Assembly (NCBI GenBank): GCA_964401865.1
Contig: CAYNZZ010000001.1
Span: 1 to 32,000 of the forward strand
Source: an uncultured Erysipelotrichaceae bacterium
GTDB taxonomy: Bacteria > Bacillota_I > Bacilli_A > Erysipelotrichales > Erysipelotrichaceae
Length of the DNA stretch: 32,000 nt
Direction of reading: 5' to 3'
The position numbers were made by a program, and so were the translations under genes. How positions within the stretch are numbered: the first letter of the stretch is position 1; the number at the start of each line of letters is the position of its first letter. This document shows, piece after piece, positions 26,053 through 32,000 of this stretch. The notes under the pieces were generated by a model. That model was not told where the DNA came from, did not search any database, and was given only the letters and a program-made list of their open reading frames with translations.

Positions 26053-26661
26053 CTAGTTAGATTTTACTCTTTCCCCAACAATAAATTCACTATGTGGCAA
26101 CGTCTCAAGCCAATCACAAAATGCCTGCCACTCTGGCAATCTATGTGTTCTTCTTTGGTGATAAATGGTTTTCAACTGGCGATAATTAGTTGTCATCTTG
26201 GCAGTCAGTTTGAATCCTGCCGGATTCGAATATAATATCTCTAAGTATTTTTCTTTTAGTGATTCATCAAAAGGATCTTTGGCTTGTAACTCGTTATAGG
26301 CGCCGACTTTTTCTTTCATTATTTCAATCATTCTTGGATCGACATATTCAATATATGAATTGTCCAAATTGAATCGGCATATTCTGTGCATTGTTGATTG
26401 ACTGGAAATAAAATCCAAAAAATGATAACGTTCTGCTTCAACCCACGCTTTATTAGTAAAAGTTAAATCAAATTGTACCAAAATGCCATTTAAAAAATTG
26501 TCATGTCCTTCACCAGTCTTGCAGGTAGCCAATCTTTCTACTGTTTTAGTCACCTCATCATTCACTTTTGTCAGATCGGTAGCCATTGGATATTTGCTTC
26601 CCTTAATCGCTTCTTCAAAACCATAGATTCTAACATTCGATATTACATCTTTAATTTCCAT
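26053..26661 (-). CDS. ThyX (Thy1) fold-like protein lacking the canonical RHRxxS motif. Function unknown.
   Basis: At 202 aa it has ThyX-like length. The block GEGHDNFLNGILVQFDLTFTNKAWVEAERYHFLDFISSQSTMH aligns by eye to ThyX GHeSpfEH..ftF.i......arq..RHR..SfsqqSqRY. The block MTTNYRQLKTIYHQRRTHRLPEWQAF aligns to t.N.R.l..f..lR....AqwEir. RHRxxS is replaced by RYHFLD. A GAGGA SD lies inside the 3' end of the LtaS-like gene, with only 4 nt between the two genes. Confidence 0.45.
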   Translation of the reverse strand: MEIKDVISNVRIYGFEEAIKGSKYPMATDLTKVNDEVTKTVERLATCKTGEGHDNFLNGILVQFDLTFTNKAWVEAERYHFLDFISSQSTMHRICRFNLDNSYIEYVDPRMIEIMKEKVGAYNELQAKDPFDESLKEKYLEILYSNPAGFKLTAKMTTNYRQLKTIYHQRRTHRLPEWQAFCDWLETLPHSEFIVGERVKSN

Positions 26662-26665
26662 TTTA

Positions 26666-28519
26666 TCAATCCTCTTTTTTATAATAGTCGCTAATCAATA
26701 TATCTTGACTATATTTGAATATTTTATTTACCTTTTCAACAATTCTATCATGAAAAAGGGTAGCAGTGTTGTCATCAATACCATTTAAGCCAAAGACAGT
26801 GTTCTTATCAGAATCAAAGTAAAAAAAATCACTCAATATACTTCCGTTTTCAAACAATACCATTCTTTCGGCGTTTTTATCAAAAACATCCTTGCCAACC
26901 TTATAATAATCCGATGAATCAAGATTAAACATGTTCGTGATAGTAGGATATAAGTCAAATGTTGAACATAATGTATCAGATTCGTTTATTCCTAATTCTT
27001 TGTTATAAATCAAAAATGGCACCTTATAAATATCTACTCCATCTTCCTTTAGAATATTGCTTTTAGCTTCATCACTTTTCAAACCATAAGGATAATGATC
27101 ACCAAACATGATTATTACTGTATTATCTAATTCACCTCTATTCTTTAACTCTTCTATCAAAACTTCAATTCCTTGATCTAGCAACATCTGTGCTGCATAA
27201 TACGATTTTGTCTCATCATCTAAATTTTGATATTTTAAATTGCTATTAATTATTTCTAAATTTTCTTTTAATTCATCACGACTAATGCGATAGGGCATAT
27301 GTCCACTCACTGTGATTACAAAATTATAAAACGGTTTGGTAAAATCAGTATTTTCTACCATCTTTTTAAATAGTTCTTCATCTTTTATCCAATTTATTGT
27401 TTCTTTATAACCATCATATCTTTCTATTCCTAACTTCTCCATGTCATAAAAAGTATCAAAGCCAAAAGAATCATGAATTATTTCCCGATTATAGAAATTA
27501 GACATATACGAATGATAAGAATTGACATTATATCCTTTTTCTTTGAACAAATTAGCTAAAGCATTGGGATAACTATTTAAATGAAAGGTGTATGAAGTTG
27601 TTCCATATTCTATCGACGGAAGCATAGAAGTTTGAGAAATGAATTCACTATCTCCGGTAGCAGCATTAAAAATAGGGGCATAATAATTGTCAAAATAATA
27701 ACCATTTTGCGCCATATTATATAAAGTTGGAGTAAGATCTTCTAAAATGGCGCTTTCGCCAAAAGATTCACACAAAATCATGATCAAGTTCTTTCCTTCG
27801 AAAAAACCGGTCATCTCATTATCATTTGTCACTTTAAATTCATCAACAAATTCTCTTACTTCTTGTAATTCTTCTTTATTTAATTTTTTTGAACCACTTA
27901 AACTAAAACTGACATCTTTATTGATAAATTGCATGACTCCAAATCTTTCTAAATAGCGATTTCGATTCTGCATACATTTTAAAAGGTAGTAATCCTTTCG
28001 CCATGATTTATCAATTAAATAATCTTGTCTCAATGATTCGTTAATTCCTATATAACCCGCATTAGAAATAGCAATCATTGCCACCGTAAATATCATTTTA
28101 TATTTCTTGGGCAATTGATACTCTTTTGGTTTTATCATTATCATCAATAAAATCGGCATTATAAATAAAATAAAGGCCGGATTCCATTTTTCAAATATCT
28201 CGCCGGCTACGCTAAATAATTCACCGCTTAAACTTAGCTTTCTAAATGAAAACAATGTCTTAAAATATGCATAATGAAAGCTTTGAGCAAAACAATAAAT
28301 TGAGGAAACTGCAATTAATCCGATTTCGATTTTCTTTCTTATTTTCCCTTTAAATAAAATTAAGATAGCAGAAATAAATAATAAAAAACACATATCGTAT
28401 AGCATTGCCTGAGAAGTGAAAAAAGCTATATCACAAAAATAGCGAAGGAGTATTTCATTCGCTATCATCAACATAAATAGAATTAAGATGTCATAATATC
28501 CTAAAAATATTTTTTTCAT
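26666..28519 (-). CDS. ltaS: LtaS-family (sulfatase-fold) lipoteichoic acid synthase / phosphoglycerol transferase-like membrane protein.
   Basis: The 617-aa product has five N-terminal TM helices and then an extracellular sulfatase-type domain. Motifs are NLIMILCESFG, FNAATGDSEFISQTSMLP (the Thr nucleophile region), HSYMSNFYNRE, VSGHMPY and IIMFGDHYPYG. The stop is TGA. The gene overlaps the upstream GT2 by 4 nt. Confidence 0.8.
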   Translation of the reverse strand: MKKIFLGYYDILILFMLMIANEILLRYFCDIAFFTSQAMLYDMCFLLFISAILILFKGKIRKKIEIGLIAVSSIYCFAQSFHYAYFKTLFSFRKLSLSGELFSVAGEIFEKWNPAFILFIMPILLMIMIKPKEYQLPKKYKMIFTVAMIAISNAGYIGINESLRQDYLIDKSWRKDYYLLKCMQNRNRYLERFGVMQFINKDVSFSLSGSKKLNKEELQEVREFVDEFKVTNDNEMTGFFEGKNLIMILCESFGESAILEDLTPTLYNMAQNGYYFDNYYAPIFNAATGDSEFISQTSMLPSIEYGTTSYTFHLNSYPNALANLFKEKGYNVNSYHSYMSNFYNREIIHDSFGFDTFYDMEKLGIERYDGYKETINWIKDEELFKKMVENTDFTKPFYNFVITVSGHMPYRISRDELKENLEIINSNLKYQNLDDETKSYYAAQMLLDQGIEVLIEELKNRGELDNTVIIMFGDHYPYGLKSDEAKSNILKEDGVDIYKVPFLIYNKELGINESDTLCSTFDLYPTITNMFNLDSSDYYKVGKDVFDKNAERMVLFENGSILSDFFYFDSDKNTVFGLNGIDDNTATLFHDRIVEKVNKIFKYSQDILISDYYKKED

Positions 28520-29469
28520 TTTTCTTCGTGATTAATATATTCTTCAATAAAATATCTCGGTCTTTTTTTAGACTCAATGAAGTTTTTGCCAAGATATTGG
28601 CCAATAATACCAATGGATATCAATTGTACACCGCCAATGAACCAAATAGATGCAAACAAAGAAGTCCAGCCAATAATTGTCTCACCGCTGAAATGACGAA
28701 TAATGGCATATATTATTATTCCAATACTAAATATTGTTGAAATAATACCAAGATATAAAATAAGAGTTAAAGGCTTAATGCTGAAAGATGTAATACCATC
28801 AAATGCAAAAGCCAACATCTTTTTAAACGGATATTTCGATTCACCTTTGAGTCTTTCTTTTCTAGCGTAGTACACACAAGCTGTCTTAAATCCTAATTCA
28901 GGAACAATGCCCCTTAAGAATAGATGACTTTCTTCATACAACGACAATTCTTCCGTCGCTCTTTTAGACATTAAACGGAAATCGGCGTGGTTATACACAC
29001 TCTTGACCCCTAAAACACTCATCAGACGATAAAAACTCTGAGCTGTGAAACGTTTAAAGAACGAATCGGTGCTTCTATCTTTTCTAACACCATATACAAT
29101 ATCATTACCATCGTGATAATAATCAATCATTTCTTCAATAACCGCTATATCATCTTGTAAATCTGCATCAATAGAAATACTTATATCAGCATTCTCTTTC
29201 ACATACATGAGTCCGGCAAAAAGGGCATTTTGATGTCCTTTGTTACCGGCTAATTTTAGTCCGTGGACATGTTCGTCGTTATCATAACCGGTTTTAATTT
29301 TGGACCAGGTCTTATCTTTAGAACCATCATCAACATATAAAATATAACTATCCTGAGAGATTTTTTCTTTACTAATTAAATCTTTCAAAACCTCTAGCAG
29401 CTTTTTATTACTGTCTTCAAAAACTTCTTCCTCGTTATAGCAAGGAACTACAATCGCACATCTTGTCAT
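28516..29469 (-). CDS. GT2-family polyprenyl-phosphate sugar synthase (CsbB/GtrB/YkcC type) with two C-terminal TM helices.
   Basis: The 317-aa product has CAIVVPCYNEEEV, ILYVDDGSKDKT, SIDADLQDD, YGVRKDR and two C-terminal TM segments (LTLILYLGIISTIFSIGIIIYAI, LFASIWFIGGVQLISIGIIGQYL). This is the typical GtrB/CsbB architecture. There is no SD. TATAAT at 29482-29477 ends 7 nt before the ATG. Confidence 0.8.
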   Translation of the reverse strand: MTRCAIVVPCYNEEEVFEDSNKKLLEVLKDLISKEKISQDSYILYVDDGSKDKTWSKIKTGYDNDEHVHGLKLAGNKGHQNALFAGLMYVKENADISISIDADLQDDIAVIEEMIDYYHDGNDIVYGVRKDRSTDSFFKRFTAQSFYRLMSVLGVKSVYNHADFRLMSKRATEELSLYEESHLFLRGIVPELGFKTACVYYARKERLKGESKYPFKKMLAFAFDGITSFSIKPLTLILYLGIISTIFSIGIIIYAIIRHFSGETIIGWTSLFASIWFIGGVQLISIGIIGQYLGKNFIESKKRPRYFIEEYINHEEK

Positions 29470-29770
29470 ATCAATTATTATATCCCAAGTTATAGTTATT
29501 CATTAAATTAAATTTAATTTTTAGTTAGATTTCAAAAAATAGATTTTATTGTAATAAGAGAAGATGAAAGAATTTATGTACAAGTATTTAGAAATATTCC
29601 CAAAATTCTGATCGAGAAATTTCTAATTTATCTGATATAAAAGGCCGTAATATATAGCTGCTCTTGATGAATATACGATTGACAATATAAACGGCATAAA
29701 AATTATGCACTTAGCAGATTTCCTTTTAGTAAACAGTTATTAAGTTTATTAAAACTGGAAACAGTCGAAA

Positions 29771-29820
29771 ATAAAAAAGTTGATTTCAAATATTTATTAG
29801 TCAAACTTTGAAATCAACTT
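29771..29820 (-). terminator. Rho-independent terminator downstream of metQ.
   Basis: A perfect 14-bp stem is formed by AAGTTGATTTCAAA (29777-29790) and TTTGAAATCAACTT (29807-29820), with a 16-nt loop. On the minus-strand transcript the hairpin is followed by TTTTATTTTCG. It lies 48 nt after the metQ stop. The large loop and AT-rich stem lower confidence. Confidence 0.55.
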
Positions 29821-29867
29821 CATAAGTCATATTAAGCGGTTTTTAAATACTTATCAATTAGATTTTA

Positions 29868-30704
29868 TTATTCAACAGGAATTACTGAGCCTTGGAATTT
29901 TTCCAAAATAAAGTCTGTAACTTCTTGAGATTTTAATACTTCGACCAAAGTTTTGATCTTATCTGAATTTTCATCACCATTACGACATGCAATGATATTC
30001 ACATATTCATTATCTTCACTGCTTTCTAATATAAAAGCATCTTTTGAAGGATTAAGACCTGCACCGATAGCATAGTTACCATTGATACCCACCAAATCAC
30101 CATCATTATTAGTATATGCACTTGTAAGCATTTCAGGATTTACTTCTACAAATTTTAATTTTTTTGGATTTTCTTCAATATCTTCAACTGTTGCATCAAC
30201 AACATTAACACCATCTTTTAAAGTAATTAAACCAGCATTTTGAAGCATTGCAAGTAATCTTCCATGATCGGCGATAGAGTTAGAAATCACAACCGTTGCT
30301 CCATCTTCAACATCATCAACAGTTTTATATTTTGTTGAATAGAAACCGAATGGTTCAATATGAATTCCGCCAGCATTAACGATATCGTATCCTTTTTCTT
30401 CTACTTCACCGTTGAAAAATTTAATATGTTGGAAATAGTTAGCATCTACATCGCCGGAATCTAAGGCTACATTGAAGATGTAATAGTTATCTAAGATTTC
30501 GATTTCTAGATCATAACCTTTTTCAGCTAATAAAGGTTTAGCAAATTCCAAAATAGTAGCGTGTGGTTCAGCAGTACAAGACACTACAATCTTTTCTAGT
30601 TGTTGATCGACTGTTTTATCGGTGGTTGTAGGGTTGTTGCTGTTAGAATTTGAACAGCCAAACAGTAGTGTAGTAATTAGTAATAAAATAAATATTTTTT
30701 TCAT
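29868..30704 (-). CDS. metQ: Methionine ABC transporter substrate-binding lipoprotein (MetQ/NlpA family).
   Basis: The 278-aa product has a signal peptide with a lipobox (LLFGCSNS). NlpA-family blocks are present (ANYFQHIKF, GIHIEPFGFYS, IANDxGR-like SIADHGRLL, VEVNPEML). It lies downstream of metI and metN. Confidence 0.88.
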   Translation of the reverse strand: MKKIFILLLITTLLFGCSNSNSNNPTTTDKTVDQQLEKIVVSCTAEPHATILEFAKPLLAEKGYDLEIEILDNYYIFNVALDSGDVDANYFQHIKFFNGEVEEKGYDIVNAGGIHIEPFGFYSTKYKTVDDVEDGATVVISNSIADHGRLLAMLQNAGLITLKDGVNVVDATVEDIEENPKKLKFVEVNPEMLTSAYTNNDGDLVGINGNYAIGAGLNPSKDAFILESSEDNEYVNIIACRNGDENSDKIKTLVEVLKSQEVTDFILEKFQGSVIPVE

Positions 30705-30715
30705 GTTTAATCTCC

Positions 30716-31384
30716 TTATCTTTTATCAACTTTCTTACTTATATAATCTCCCGATATTTGTATCAGAAATACAATAATCATAATCATTACGGTTGAAGTC
30801 CACATCAATGGTTCATTTTTTCTGATAATGCCATATTGATACGCTTCAAATCCTAATCCTCCAGCGCCGACAGCACCAGCCATCGTGCTATATGATACTA
30901 GGTTAATCGCCGTAACCGCAATAGATGAAATGAGTGTCGGCATACTTTCAGGAATTAATACTTTAAATACAATTTCTAAGTTACTAGCACCAATAGCTTT
31001 CGATGCTTCAATCGTTCCTTTATCAACATCACTAAAAGCCAAGACAACCATTCTGGCAAAAAAAGGAATAGCTGCCAAGGTTAGCGATGGAATAGCTGCC
31101 TTTACGCCGATAGTTGAACCTACTAAGAATTTTGTGAATGGAAGTAACCATATAAGCAATATCAAGTAGGGAACTGATCTGAATATGTTAACTAAACCAT
31201 CAGAGGCAACATTTAATGATCTGCTAATCTTATTTTTTCTTACATTAATAATCCCATTATCACCTGTTATAAAAATAATGATTCCGATGACCGAGCCAAT
31301 TATAACCGCAAGTAATAATGGTACAAAAGTCAAAATTAAAGTTTCGCATAATGGCTCATATAATTTATTAAGTAATTCAATCAT
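30716..31384 (-). CDS. metI: Methionine ABC transporter permease (MetI).
   Basis: The 222-aa product has five TM helices and the EAA-type loop EASKAIGASNLEIVFKVLIPESMP. The gene sits between metN and metQ. Confidence 0.88.
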   Translation of the reverse strand: MIELLNKLYEPLCETLILTFVPLLLAVIIGSVIGIIIFITGDNGIINVRKNKISRSLNVASDGLVNIFRSVPYLILLIWLLPFTKFLVGSTIGVKAAIPSLTLAAIPFFARMVVLAFSDVDKGTIEASKAIGASNLEIVFKVLIPESMPTLISSIAVTAINLVSYSTMAGAVGAGGLGFEAYQYGIIRKNEPLMWTSTVMIMIIVFLIQISGDYISKKVDKR

Positions 31385-31385
31385 C

Positions 31386-32000
31386 TTATACCACCTCTAC
31401 CTTAACTTTTTGCCTTTGCAATTCCTCGACTAAAGGTCCGATATCAGAACGCTCACCGATATGAATATACATTACACCTAATGCTCCGGCTTGCGTATTT
31501 TTAATGTTAGCACTGACGATATTAATAGGAATATTTAATTTAGTAACTACTTCATATAATATCGGTTTTTCACTGGTTTCATTTTCAAAGGTTACTCTTA
31601 GCAAATGCCCATCAGGATATTTTTCTTTTAATTCTCTTGCAAGTTTAACGACATCTACTCCAGTATCTACTGTTTGAATAAGTTCTTTTGTAACTTTATG
31701 AGTAGGGTTAGTGAAAATATTTTCCACCGTATCAATTTCCACAACTTCGCCATTTTTCATCACCGCAAGGCGGTGACATATTTTCTGAACCGTTTCCATC
31801 TGATGAGTTATCATCAAAATTGTAAGATTCATTTCTTTATTAATTTGTTTAAGCAAATCTAATATATCTTCGGTCGTTTTCGGATCTAAAGCGCTGGTAG
31901 CCTCATCACATAACAGAATATCCGGTTTTAAAACAAGTGCTCGAGCAATGGCAACCCTTTGTTTCTGACCACCTGACAAATTACTTGGATAAACATTTAA
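31386..32000 (-). CDS. metN: Methionine ABC transporter ATP-binding protein (MetN), partial because the N-terminus lies outside the window.
   Basis: The frame stays open to the window edge (LNVYPSN-LSGGQKQRVAIARAL). The ABC signature, Walker B (ILLCDEATSALD), H-loop (ITHQM) and a C-terminal NIL/ACT-like domain (LLRVTF...GALGVMYIHI) are all present. Confidence 0.9.
   Translation of the reverse strand, partial: LNVYPSNLSGGQKQRVAIARALVLKPDILLCDEATSALDPKTTEDILDLLKQINKEMNLTILMITHQMETVQKICHRLAVMKNGEVVEIDTVENIFTNPTHKVTKELIQTVDTGVDVVKLARELKEKYPDGHLLRVTFENETSEKPILYEVVTKLNIPINIVSANIKNTQAGALGVMYIHIGERSDIGPLVEELQRQKVKVEVV

Noticed and set aside
26666-26668. An alternative genetic code (TGA=Trp, as in Mollicutes), considered because of the very low GC content.
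   Set aside because: All long ORFs are intact under the standard code. The LtaS-like gene ends at a TGA placed exactly 4 nt before the next gene's ATG, with that gene's SD just upstream. This is consistent with TGA acting as a stop.
29615-29624. A 10-bp perfect palindrome (AGAAATTTCT), the 6-bp inverted repeat GCATAA-aaa-TTATGC (about 29693-29707), and two micro-ORFs of 15 aa (from 29564, plus strand) and 24 aa (minus strand), all in the metQ/GT2 intergenic region.
   Set aside because: The palindromes are short and A/T-rich, so they are expected by chance in 400 bp of this composition. The micro-ORFs lack SDs and any conservation evidence.
1-32000. CRISPR arrays, rRNA or tRNA genes, riboswitches and IS elements.
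   Set aside because: I saw no periodic direct repeats, no GC-rich structured segments typical of stable RNAs and no transposase-like ORFs. The met operon leader, where a T-box or SAM riboswitch might sit, lies outside the window.

Overview
This is an AT-rich chromosomal segment that looks like it comes from a low-GC Gram-positive (Bacillota-like) organism. GC is roughly 25-30% by eye and was not computed. It uses the standard genetic code. I call 29 genes, 28 of them on the minus strand, in tightly packed and often overlapping operons.

In the direction of transcription (high to low coordinates) the window contains:
1. The 3' part of a metN-metI-metQ methionine ABC importer, followed by a rho-independent terminator.
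2. A CsbB/GtrB-type GT2, an LtaS-family synthase and a ThyX-fold-like protein that lacks the RHRxxS catalytic motif.
3. A compact two-gene module of an ABC-type ATPase plus a 173-aa TOPRIM-like protein, with a perfect palindrome in its leader. This is my top candidate for an uncharacterised conflict or anti-phage system.
4. A Wzx-dependent polysaccharide locus. It encodes the UDP-L-FucNAc pathway (capE/F/G, equivalent to fnlA/B/C), the UDP-ManNAcA pathway (wecB/wecC), five glycosyltransferases, a DUF1919 protein and a flippase.
5. After a 417-bp gap, a second module: DPM1-like GT2, DUF2304, GT-B, CotH kinase, VTC/CYTH polyphosphate-polymerase-like protein and DUF4956. The DUF4956 gene is frameshifted.
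6. Three large polytopic YfhO/GT-C-like membrane proteins. One runs off the window edge and is missing from the ORF track.

I recognised no rRNA, tRNA, CRISPR array, transposase or integrase. All family assignments come from reading motifs in the translations by eye. No database search was possible.
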